64,000 nt of DNA from Selaginella moellendorffii (lineage: Eukaryota; Plantae; Lycopodiophyta): the NCBI RefSeq assembly GCF_000143415.4, contig NW_003314278.1, forward strand, positions 1,562,362 through 1,626,361, given 5' to 3'. The notes beneath the pieces were generated by a model. It was not told the origin of the DNA. It saw nothing but the letters and a program-made list of their open reading frames with translations, and searched no databases. The translations under genes and the position numbers were made by a program. Position 1 is the first letter of the stretch. Each line of letters starts with the position of its first letter. This document shows positions 23,719 to 35,300 of this stretch, piece by piece.

Positions 23719-24835
23719 ATAGAGGTACCCATACCAGGCTGTTAGGCCACGGTGTTTCGCCCCAGCGTCCTGAAGCAAGTGTTGCACCCAAGGCTTGGGA
23801 TTTAAAGGGTCCCATGATCAAGTCTTGTTGTACCAAGGGATATTAGGAACCTGGAGGCTTGTTATGCTTGGCTACTTGTGCTTGCGGGGAGTGTAGCCGA
23901 ACCTTAAGTCCAATTTAACTCGGGAAGGGGGATTATGAGAGATTTGGGAATCCGTAGATGGATGGCTAACGCTCCGTTGCTCGTCTAGTGAGTAGTTGAA
24001 ACCAAGTAGGACCAAGTAAGAGCTGGTATAATAGATGAAACCTTGAACTTCCCGAGAGGTTACCCAACTTAATATTATTCAAACCCAAGGACGCTTAACC
24101 CCAAATATCCTAAAACCTTTAACCAATTGGAAAACAGGGTGCACTTTTATTCATGGGCCCTTTCCCTCTATATTTGAACCCCATGGACCGTTTTTTAAAT
24201 CATTCTCTTTGGTTGCTTATAATCCACCACGCTTCCCTACAAGTTCATGCCCTCGTGAATGGAAGCTGAGAGCCGCAGCTTTCCCGAGAGCCCCGCTCTC
24301 TTGACACTACCCCTCGAGTCGAGACCAACAGGAGCAAATTGGACAAGCTAGATGTCAATCAATATGTGGTGTGATTCCCCTAGCTAACCAACAGAGTCGG
24401 ACCCGAGACCCCTCTAATACCAAATATAAGAGCTTACATGGTGGTATTTATTCCACACTTTCTCTATGCCTATCATGACTTTGCTATTTTAGGTGAGTTT
24501 ATAAAACATTGTTATATGATTGAAAAGCTACACAACAAAGATCCAATTTAATGTTATCCAATATATGTGTAGTTGTGTATAGTGCCAAGTTTATAATACT
24601 CCCTCTTATATTGCAAAAAGATGGTTGGAGTCAATTATAATTTCTTATCCATTTGAGTTGGTTAATGAGGCCTTCACCACAATTAACTATTAACAATGAG
24701 TATATTATTATTGCTTTTGACTACTTGACTCACTATGTGAAAGTCAGTGCTTTTGCTAGTGCATTTACAATTATTATTTGTTACTTTCTCCTCAATCAAG
24801 TTGTGTTTAAACATTCTTGTGTGGAGTGGATTTTT

Positions 24836-25367
24836 TCAAATAATAATCTAACATTTATGACTGAAGCATTTCATGTTTTAACATCTTGTCTAGAGATATG
24901 ATCTAACATTTATGGCTAAGGAATTTCATGTCTTAAAATCTTGACTAAGGATATATCACATGCCAGTTTAGGCTTCTAAATCAAGTACTCTAGTATCTTC
25001 TTTTATTGTCGTTGTTAACTTGTTAATGGATTTCTTCAAATAATGATCTAACATTTATGGCTGAGGCATTTCATATCTTAACATCTCGACTAGGGATATG
25101 TTACATGCCAGTTTGGGCTTCTAGATCAAGTACTCTAATATCTTCTTCCATCGTCGTTGTTAACTCGTTAGTGGATTTCTTCAAATAATGATCTAACATT
25201 TATGGCTGAGGCATTTCATGTTTTAAGATCTTGACTAGGGTATGTTACATGCCAGTTTGGGCTTCTAGATCAAGTACTTTAGTATCTTCTTCCATCATCA
25301 TTGTTAACTTATTAGTGAATTTCTTCAAATAATAGTCTAACATTTATGGTTGAGGCATTTCATGTCT
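24836..25367. repeat. ~144-bp tandem repeat (about 3.5 units) built on an integrase fragment
   Basis: tttcttcaaataatgatctaacatttatggctgaggcatttcat recurs at ~25031, 25176 and 25320, with partial copies upstream. Confidence 0.9.
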
Positions 25368-26118
25368 TTCCAAGGATCCACAATAATAGTATATCTAAAT
25401 TTCATCCCATAATCAGATATGCTACACTCAACCCCTATTGAGCCAAGAGGAACTAACACCTCCATTTCCATATTGAATCTACCAATCCTTCCATTGTATA
25501 AACTAACTATTCCACCATTTCCGTAATGAATCTACCAATCCTTTTATTGTGTAGATTAACTATTCCATGTGAGGCAATTAGTCATCCACCCATACTGGAG
25601 TCCTACGGTGGATACTTTCATCCGTGGAGTATCTTCCATTGGATACTTTCATCTGTGGAGTATCTTCCATTGTATAGACTAACTATTCTATGTGAGGCAA
25701 CTAGTCATCCACCCATACTGTAGTCCACGGATGAAGGTATTCCATATGAAGCAACTAGTCATCCATCTATACCATAGTCCCACGGTGAATACCTTCATCC
25801 ATGGATACTCCACACAAGAGGAAGGACGTACACATGGATGTTTAATACGTATGATTTTAAATTTTATGGGTAGGAATATATCTTGCTTAAGGGTATATTT
25901 TTAAGTAGCCACTAATCAATGAGAATTGAACCCATGCCATTTACTCTAATACCATATGTAATGCATTCTATTTCTCTCCTCTTAAGCCAACTGAAAAAGA
26001 GGTAATTGCTAGATAAAAAAGCCCTTAGTGGCTATTTTATCCCCATTTATCTCCCAAGGTTCCAAGGATCTATGGTGACAATATATCCAAATCTTATCCT
26101 ATAATCAAATACGCTACA
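25368..26118 (-). mobile_element. Older TRIM copy, left LTR truncated
   Basis: Same LTR, internal domain and PBS as the other TRIMs but more mutated. Full LTR at 25957..26118. Confidence 0.85.
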
Positions 26119-27207
26119 CCTAAGCCCTACTTAATTCATATGTCAATCATGATGTGGTGATATGGTTCGTACTACTGGACAGCTATGCATGCCTTGACAA
26201 CATCTTATCATCCACAAACAAATTGTTTGGTATAATAATTTGTCTGGAACTTCAAAAGGATGATCGTGAAATATATAAATTTTTAGCATTCAGATTAAGA
26301 TGGTTATTGCCATTTCTTCGATATGTGTATGTCATAGAGGTATAGAGTTTTGTTAGTGTTTCATTATATAAACTCCTATGTGGTCATGATTTGATACTGC
26401 CAATGGAGTTGAGTTTACTTTCACAATTGCCACAAGTTGTTAATTCTAGGTCCTAAGATTAATATTTAACAAGCATTCTTCCACTAGTTTGAGTGGAGTT
26501 TACTAAATATTTGGGCCTCGTACAAGTGGGACAATAATGGCACTACAACTCACTTTATCATTTATTTGCAAAGTACAAACTGAATGATTTAATGTTAATT
26601 TATTTTTCCAATCTTATGGTACATGGTTTGTCTAAGAGGCTCTTTATTTAGTAAAAAGGACTGTATCAGATGTTGTGGCAAGTTGAACCGCAAATTTATG
26701 AAGTTTGATATGACATTTAACATATTAATCCTTCAAATTATACATGTGCAACAACTAAAGCACTTCGTATTAAAGGGTCATAAACAATTGGCACCACCTA
26801 TAGATCCACTAGTACCACCTCCTAATATTCCTTTAGATCCCGACGTATCAACCAAAGAATTGTAATTGCCTTCCATCCTTCTAAGAGGAAAGGATGATAT
26901 GAGGTTTAAAGATACGGCTATAATAACATATATTAATATTAGGATAAGGACTTTAATAGCTATTAGATTGGTTTCAATCTAGACCATTTATTTGCTTCTA
27001 TATATAAGTTAGGGTTTTTGGGCTAATTGAATATATATATTTTTGTATTCCATGCACTCACATATCCATATTTATATACAATAAAAATGATAAAATTAAT
27101 AGCATGCAACATGTATGAAATTAATAGATGAAATATTTATATAATCTTATATAGTTTTTACATAATCTTATTTAATTATATATTATTTTTTTAATAGCCA
27201 CTAAAAT

Positions 27208-30200
27208 TGTGATGTCCAAGTGTACAACTATGATACTATATATTAATATTAATGACCATACACTAAGATTAACATAGTAGGATTTTAATAACTATCAAAT
27301 TTGTTTCAATCCAAACCTCTTGCTCTTGTATATAAACTAGTTTTTGGGATAATTGATGTGCATATTTTTATATCCCTTTCTATATTCTATACACTCACAT
27401 TTGTGGAGGTAAAGGACAACACTAATTGTCCCAGAAGAGTGCTTAGATTTGGGATTTGGTTTAAATCTAACTTTTACATCATCTAGATTTCACTTTCTTT
27501 ATAGCTTTTTTAGTTTTTATTTTTATTTTTATTTTTATTTTTCATTCATCTTTATAGCAAAGTAACAACCTCCTCTAGAGCAATAGTTAGTGCAACTTTT
27601 TGATGTTATGTAGTTGCAATTAAACAATTAAACTCAATTGATAGCAGTATTCACAATACATGATATAGCTCCTCTTGCTCTTGTTGCCAATCCTTGTGTT
27701 TGATTGGAGTTCATTTATGGGAATTTTTAGAATGATGTGTATTATTGGTTTAATGACTTTATGGTGATTGTCATAAATCATTCTTGGGATGATGCTCAAT
27801 ATTTGCGTGAGTTTCCCATATATTTCCAAGAAATAGTATTGTAGAGGTATAATGGTTTGAGCATAACCATTCATGTGGATTGAAGCATTCTCTCGAACAT
27901 CTTCAAATGCACATTTGAATATGCCAATGATTGTGAGGATGCCTTCTAACAATTGCATCGTCTTCATTAAGGGCAATTTGAGTCAATAATGCAATTTGGC
28001 ATTTATTTTAGAGCCTTTTACTTCGTATACAGATAAATATGTTGGAGTAGATCAAGTTAGGAATGTTGTGGCTAGCACTTCGTCAAGATCTTGTAGGACT
28101 TATATATGCACTTTCTCTAACCACTCTTGATAATGCTCTTCACTTAACACAATATTATAAAACATCATCTTTTCCACTTCTCACTATATATTCTTTAACT
28201 TCACTTTATGTGGGAAATGGTCCTGTTCCAATGAAAGTTGATGTTATTGTTACCCGAGTTTAAGGATAAGGGTTAGGACATGGTCATGGTTGTGATAGCG
28301 TGTGATAAAGTTGGTAACACATATTAGTATTATTAGCATTTTCCATATTAGTATCCTCTATTTCCTAGATGGAGACTTTGGCATCAACAATGTCCTATTT
28401 GTGTTGTTGCAATGGAAGGTTTAGACATCAAAATGCTTCTGGGAAACAAAGAATTATACGAGTATTAAAAGGTCTTTCCATCTTTCTTTTAAGAGTATTA
28501 TCAAGGGGTTCACTTGGCACTAATTTATCCACTATTTACTTTCCAAACTCATTTTTATAATAATAAGTCTTCTATTATTCTCTATGTTGGTTGATATAGG
28601 CTTGAATTTATTTTCTATTACTCGACCTATTACCACACATTATTATCTACATGTGTGTTATGCAGTAAAACCAATTTTCATTCTTTATAACAACAGCCGT
28701 ACACAAGTATGTGCACAGGATAAGGCAAATTTAGTGATGTATGTGGGCGATCTTAAGCTTTAGCTTTAGTCATTGTAGGTGATATTGAGTCAAACTTTTA
28801 ACTTATCTTTGATATAAATTGGTTGTAGTGCAATTATGCTAAATGTGACTTTGGGGGTTCTCCCTCTTTGTCTCATATTTCTTTATATTTTTTCCATTCT
28901 TCTCACTTTTATTCCTTTTTATCCCTTTGCTTTTACATTTACTTTTATCACTTTTCTTTCCCCATTATTTCTCTTATGTTTTTATCTTGTTCCTCTATTC
29001 CCTTTCAAATTTCTTTAACAGTCTTTGTATTTTAGCAGTTGACTAGCTCATGAAAGAGTATGTTGATCTCTTTAAGTTTGAGGCCAAAATTGCAATATGT
29101 CATTCTATTCCAACTAAGGATGCTTATCCAATAAAGATTTATGTTCGTTATCAGTCCAATGATATGCAATGCTTTTTAGGTAAAGTGCAATATCTTAGTT
29201 ATTTCATTAATTATCTTTTTATTGTATTACACTGTTTTAAGAATTATTGAAGTTGTCAACATTGTCTTTTATTTAGTCCATGGACTTTGAGCAAGCATTT
29301 ATACATCTCAAAGAGTTGTTGACAAGTCCTTTAGTTTTGGCATATCCTAAATATACTCAACCTTTTAATTTGCAAGTGGATGTTTTTTATATCGGTGTTA
29401 AAGGTGTGTTAATATAAAAGAGTCTGAGTGTGTTTAGTTAGTGTCATTTCATTGCACACATCAACTATATATTATAACTAAAGGAGGTGAATTACTCCAC
29501 AATAGAGGCATATTTAGTAACTATTTGGGATTTCAAGAAACTTCATAAATATCTAAATGGTTCTTGAGTGTTATTCATGCTATAGTTACTTTGTTATTGA
29601 AGAGGAAGAATTTAGTTGGTCATACTACTTGGTGTGTTTTGAAGCTTTAAATATATAATTTCGATATTATTCATTGCTTAGGAGTTTTATAGTTAATGCT
29701 GATGCCCTCTCTCAAGTTTCTCTTCCTTCTTCACTCTTTTATCATATTTCAGACTAGTCTAGATTTTCTAAATAAAGATTTTGTATTATTAGCAATTGTT
29801 GTACTTGATGTTCAATATCCACAAGGTGTGAAGCAAGATTTACCTTCTCTTGACAAGTTGTATAAGGCTCAAGACTTCCACCTAACAAGTCAAGTAGTTA
29901 GAAATAATAATGACATACTCTTGTTAATGTATTTGCAATTTTTATTAAGTACTTCCTCTTTAATCAAATGGTGTTTTAATATGCTTGTCCAGAGTATATT
30001 TTTTTGGATAATAGTCTGCATTTATTTAATATCTTACTTGAAGATATGCTACACTTTCATAAGTGTTTATCATCCACAAACACATAGTTTGGTGGAATGA
30101 TTTATTCAAACTTTCAAAAGCATAATTATGAAGTATATGAACTTTCAACATTTAAATTGGGATGATTATTTGTTGTCTCTTTAATATGTGTATATCACAA

Positions 30201-30945
30201 GGTTACAAAGTTTTGTTAATATTTCACTATATAAACTACTACATAATCATGATCTAATACTACCAATAGAGTTAAGTTTACCTTTACAATTGCCACAAGT
30301 TTACCGATGCTAAATCCTAGGGTTAATATTTAACAAACATTTTTTCATTTGTCAAAACTAAATTTGCTAAAAACTTGGGCCACTTACAAGTGGGACAACA
30401 ATAGTGCTACAACTCTCATCATTATCCAAAGTACAAAGTGGATAAGTTAGTATTAGTCTGCTTTCCTAATTTTACAATACATGTTTTGTCTAAAGGGCTC
30501 CTTATTGAATGGAAGATATTATATCAGATGTTGTGACAAGTTGAACCATAAGTTTATAATGTTTAACATAACATTCAAGAAGTCAATTCTTTAAAAATTA
30601 TATATATGCAATAGTTAAAACACTTTATATAAAAGGGATTAAAAACAACTAATACCATCTATAAATCCACTACTACCTCTCCTTGATATCCCTCTAAATC
30701 CTAACCCATCAACGAAAAAACCTTAATTGCCTTTCATTCTTCCAAAAGGAAAGAATGATAAAAGGTCCAAATATACATAATGTTGTATATTAATATTAAC
30801 AACTCTATATTAAGATTAGCATAGTATAATTTTAATAACTGTTGGATTAGTTTCAATCCAAACCACATTACTCTTGTATATAAGCTAAGGTATTTAAGTT
30901 AATTCATATGCACAGTTTTGTATTTTATTTCTTTATTCCTCCTCT
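27208..30945 (+). mobile_element. Gypsy copy 3 of the same family (eroded, RT deleted)
   Basis: 5' LTR 27208..27399 and 3' LTR from ~30759 share a short internal duplication. Gag, protease, RNase H and integrase remnants (VYHPQTHSLVE) are colinear with copies 1 and 2. Confidence 0.85.
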
Positions 30946-31163
30946 ACTTTATTATTGAGTACTATGAAAAATTCTTTTCTTACAAAAATGTAAATTAATA
31001 AGTATAAGTTGACATTTTAATATAATAATGGGGAATAATATTAGATCCGAATCAATAGAAGAATGAGCATGCTGGAGTTTTTCTGGCGTAAGGATATAGC
31101 AAACCATCGCTCTGCTAGAATCCAAATGAAGCTGTTAAAGAATCCATGAATTCCAGAGCATTG

Positions 31164-32727
31164 TCACTTGAATCCTCGGACCATGGTGCTTGTCCTGTAC
31201 GAGACTCCATTGAGGTCCTCAATCACCCATTTGAGCTCAGTCATGTCCATCACCCGGAAATGGACGATGTCTTTCTCGTGATTCCGTTGCTCTTCGATGT
31301 GGAGAGTTCCCTCGGCAAGATGGTTGAACCACGAAGTTAGGCCCCAACGTTTCTGTGACTCCGGTTTTGAGTCTTTCGACTCGCCTTGGCTGTTTGAAGT
31401 GCTCTGGACACGGCAAACGAAGTAGCCTTTGTCAGCTACAACCTTGAGCAGCTCCTCGCTTTCACTACCATTGGCTCCAACAACCTGGTTTGCCGAATTA
31501 GATCCCAATAGCGTAGACCAAAAACGAAAACTTACCAGCAAGACTTGCTTGGATGGTAGCCTCCATTTTGTACATATCGAGTCCAGCATTCCTTCGCTGC
31601 TTGGACAGTCACATTGGTTGGAACTGTGATTCATGAAAAATGAAAAGTACCTGACGACTTCTTCTTGCAATCTCCTCACTTCCGCAAACTGGAAGCCTCC
31701 CAACTGGTTCATTAAGTTTCTAAGCTCAGCGTCTGGGCCACGAGCCAAAAGAGCTTGCGAAACACCACGCTCCTGGAAAAGGAAAGAGTTGGAAGCATAG
31801 AGAACAAAAGATTATAGAAGAGAGAACCGAAAGATAGAAACGAACCTCCAAGTATCGAATAAGAGCGGGGCAACCCGGTAGCACAGAACTATCTTTTTCT
31901 CCTGGAGAAGTTGTGATCACCACCCCGAGCTTGGCTTGCTCTTGTCTTGCATCCGCTAATGCTTGCTTGTGTCTAAGCCTCTCGGCATACTTTGCTCGTA
32001 TGCTGTCTCCTCTCCCCAGGATCTCTTCCAAGCTCTGCTTCTCTTGCAGCTTCTTCTTCCTCAAAGCCGCCGCCGAGGAGCTACTGCCACTCCCAATCTT
32101 CTCCTGGAGTGCACCAACATTTTTCAGTCCCAGCTTCTCCATGACTTGCTCGGCCGACACATCTTCCACGTTTCCAACAGTCTCGTTCACGTTCTCGTGA
32201 ACGAGATTGCTCCAGTCCCTGGATCCAGAGGACGCCATCTCCTTGATTCTTTTCCCTCGTTGTTGAGGAGGAATGGCCAAAGCCGCCATGTCGTAGATCA
32301 CCCCACGCACTAGAAATCCAGTCTCCACGCCTTCACGAAGCTCCCGGCGGAGATAGAGCTCCTTGACGTCGAGGTTGGTCCGCCAATTCCCATTCTCGAT
32401 TCTAAATGCTTGCTTGTGCTGCTGCTCCTCGGGCAAGGCCAGCCCCGCCAGCGTGAAGAGCATCTCTTGGATCGTCGTCTGGATGTGCGCCATGGAGAAG
32501 ACTGACCAATCCACCTCAAATGAGACATAATCTTCCTCTTCTTCTTCCTCTTGCGCTGCTGCTGCTACATTCTTTGGATTTCTTGGCTGATGCTGGCGCT
32601 GTGGAGAAGGATCGGCCATACCTGGAACTGGAGGCGAAATCTGCGACGGCAGTGGCGCCAGCTTCCTCCTGCCCGGCCGATGGAGCCTCTGCGCGGCGAG
32701 ATGCATGAGGCGGCGCAGCACACCCAT
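31164..32727 (-). CDS. Multi-exon protein of unknown function with possible organellar targeting peptide
   Basis: Long first exon from ATG 32727 (Arg-rich N-terminus, acidic tract, coiled-coil-like segment), then short GT-AG introns near 31.8, 31.64 and 31.5 kb leading to a stop at 31164. No family recognised. Confidence 0.6.
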
Positions 32728-32998
32728 CCCGGGCGCCGCCTAGGGCTCTTGCCGCCACTGCCAAGTGTGACCATTGAAAATATTCCTTGCAGGAAATTTT
32801 TTGGGAAGATCAAGGAGAAGAAACACTCGATAACGATCAAGCTTTTCGAGGCTGGATTCCATCGCTGCTTGCGATCTCATCCGATCAGTCGCCAGGAGCA
32901 AGGATCTTCGCCAGGCCAGGGAGCTGCATTCGCGCCTCCGGCAAATCATCCCAGCGCTCCTCGCCAAGAGCAGGCTATTAGGGAACTGGATCGTAGAC

Positions 32999-34609
32999 AT
33001 GTACGGCAAATGTGGCAGCATAGAAGATGCCAAGGGCGCCTTTGATTCCCTCCACCACCCCAATGTCTACTCCTGGAATATCCTTATCACAGCATATGCC
33101 CAAACTGGGCATATACAGGAAGCGCGACACGTGTTCCACTGGATGACCGTCCGCGACGTCGTGTCCTGGACGGCGTTGATACAAGCTCATTCCAAGCATG
33201 GGCAAATTTTCGAGGCATCCAGAGCGTTCCAGAGAATGCCTCAACGAGATGCCGCCACGTGTACGGTGCTTGTGACAGCATTTGCCAAGACTGGGCATTT
33301 GTCCGAAGCGAGGGGCTTATTCGCGAATATGCAACAAAGAAACGTTGTGGCATGGACGGCGTTGCTCACGGCATATGCTTATGACGGGCAAACGGCAATG
33401 GCAGAGGGTGTTTTTGCGAGAATGCCAAGCTGGAGCATTGCGCCTTGCTCGTCAATAATGACGGCATATGCCCAGGTCGGTAACGTTCCGTCCGCACAAC
33501 GAATCTTTGATTCCATGCTCGAGAGGGATGTGGTTTCTTGGACAGCACTTTTGCAAGTATATGCCCGCATAGGGCATCTTGGTGCAGCAGAGCAATTATT
33601 TGACATGATGCCAATGCGAAACGTTTTCTCGTGGACTGCAATGCTTGCAGCTTTGGCGGAAAACGGGCTGCTAGAAAAAGCAAGATTCGTTTTCAAAGAA
33701 ACGCCACAACGGGACATGGTAATATGGCATGCAATTGTTTCAGCAAATGCCCAATACGGGCATTTGCTAATGGCGCGAGAATTGTTTGAGAAAATGCCAT
33801 GCCACGGAGTCGAGACGTGGTGTTTGATGCTAGTCCGCTACGCACAGATTGGAAACCTCAAACAAGCGATATATTTCTTTGATTACTCTCCCAGGGTGGA
33901 TGTGATCTCTTGCAACGCTATGATGTCTGCGTTTGCTCACGAGAAACTTGTAGATCAAGCGCGCAGGGTGTTTGAGCGAATGCCGCAGTGGAGTGTAGTC
34001 TCCTGGACCGCGATGCTCGAATCCCACGCCTCGGCCGGAGAGATCAAAGAGGCAAGATCCCTGTTTGACCACCTCCACGAGCCAGACTTGACATCATGGA
34101 TCGCGATAGTCGAAGCGTATGCCCGAGTTGGGCATATCTCAGAGGCAAAAAAGCTCTTCGATCGAATCCCTTGCAAGGAGATCGTTTCCTGGAACTCACT
34201 GCTTGCTGCCTATGGCCGGGGAGGATACCATCGGGATGCCGTCGAGAACTTCTGGGCGATGCAACAGCTGGGATTCGATCCAGATGGTATCACCTTCGTC
34301 ACTGTCTTGAGCGCCTACAGCCACACTGGGCGAGTCGAGGAAGCTAGAAACTCCTTCGTTTCGATGGTGCTGGATTACAATCTGGTACCGGCGATGGAGC
34401 ACTATGGTTGCATTGTTGACGCGCTTGGTCGATCTGGAAGGTTGTCAAGAGCATCTGATTTGCTGGAAAACATGCCCGTGTGGCCACCAGTGGAACCCTT
34501 GACATCGTATCTAAGCTCGTGTCTTAACAACACGAACGATCCTTCCTCTAAAGTCTACACAGTTTCTTCACAAGACATCAATCTCTCTCCGCAACTTTGC
34601 GTGATCTAG
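32999..34609 (+). CDS. PLS-class PPR protein with truncated or replaced E region; start uncertain
   Basis: 536-aa ORF of PPR repeats. The frame stays open and PPR-like upstream to a TAA at 32831 without an ATG. The last ~18 codons come from an unrelated duplicated segment. Confidence 0.82.
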   Translation: MYGKCGSIEDAKGAFDSLHHPNVYSWNILITAYAQTGHIQEARHVFHWMTVRDVVSWTALIQAHSKHGQIFEASRAFQRMPQRDAATCTVLVTAFAKTGHLSEARGLFANMQQRNVVAWTALLTAYAYDGQTAMAEGVFARMPSWSIAPCSSIMTAYAQVGNVPSAQRIFDSMLERDVVSWTALLQVYARIGHLGAAEQLFDMMPMRNVFSWTAMLAALAENGLLEKARFVFKETPQRDMVIWHAIVSANAQYGHLLMARELFEKMPCHGVETWCLMLVRYAQIGNLKQAIYFFDYSPRVDVISCNAMMSAFAHEKLVDQARRVFERMPQWSVVSWTAMLESHASAGEIKEARSLFDHLHEPDLTSWIAIVEAYARVGHISEAKKLFDRIPCKEIVSWNSLLAAYGRGGYHRDAVENFWAMQQLGFDPDGITFVTVLSAYSHTGRVEEARNSFVSMVLDYNLVPAMEHYGCIVDALGRSGRLSRASDLLENMPVWPPVEPLTSYLSSCLNNTNDPSSKVYTVSSQDINLSPQLCVI

Positions 34610-34747
34610 ATACCTGAAGACAGTACCATTTCATAGGCTCGAAGTTCCTTCTTCTATACACATTTTTTGGTTTCATCTTCACAAGAATCTTATTTCTGTG
34701 CCGTGAAGATCAGCTGGAAGCAACCAAGACACATGCCATAGTCGCAC
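34553..34747. repeat. Direct duplicate of the ClpD stop/3'UTR region (35131..35358)
   Basis: Shared blocks ccgcaactttgcgtgat, taccatttcataggctcgaagttccttcttc and gtgaagatcagctggaagcaacc. Confidence 0.88.
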
Positions 34748-35300
34748 GGTCCACCACGGAGTCATAGAATTCGCGAGCTTCTTCAATGCTTCCAGGTGCC
34801 GCTTGCTATGCGGTGGATCTTCTTCTCGGCGTCAAGCATCTTGGAAGAGGCCAATATCGGTTAACTACATGGTATGGTGATAAATTAATGCGAACGCGGT
34901 TGCTGAGGAATTGGTTATCAGGTAAGTGTAGAGGTGGACCGGAAGTAGATGACCCGGGTTCGAGGCGGCCGAAGGGTCCAATCAACAAGGACTTTATGCG
35001 AAAATCTTTTACGGAAGAAATACCCCAAATATTGCTTCGCCAGCTCAATAAAACAGGTTAGACCAGTCAGTTAACACCCCGGGCTATCAAAGAGCACGCC
35101 CAGGGTTCGAATCTTGATTTTGGACTCTCCGTCTACATGGTTTCTTTACAAAACATGAATCTCCTTCCGCAACTTTGCGTGATTTTTAGACATCAGAAGA
35201 TAATACCATTTCATAGGCTCGAAGTTCCTTCTTCGTCCATAGATTCTATACACATTTTTGTTTCATCTTCACAAGGATCTTATTTCTGTACGCGTGAAGA

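Larger units (their letters stand above)
20654..24438 (-). mobile_element. Non-coding LTR-derived element nested in gypsy copy 2, with its 5' LTR collapsed to ~14 bp
   Basis: Termini TGTAAG..CTTACA, flanks TGGTA/TGGTG (4 of 5 match, probable TSD), and reverse Met-type PBS (ctctaatacca) at ~24413..24423. Confidence 0.6.
18158..27062 (+). mobile_element. Gypsy copy 2 of the same family, strongly eroded, RT mostly deleted, host of nested insertions
   Basis: 5' LTR remnant ends CATGCACTCATA (~18302). Gag, protease, RNase H and integrase remnants (IIIAFDYLTHYVK) align with copy 1. PPT followed by 3' LTR 26898..27062. Confidence 0.82.

Noticed and set aside
34780-34850. miRNA-like hairpin
   Set aside because: Pairing is short and imperfect. 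The minus strand reads as a PPR fragment (GSIEEAREFYDSV).
35057-35118. tRNA or SINE head (tagaccagtcagtt..gggttcgaatc)
   Set aside because: A/B-box-like words are present but there is no convincing cloverleaf, tail or TSD. At most a relic.
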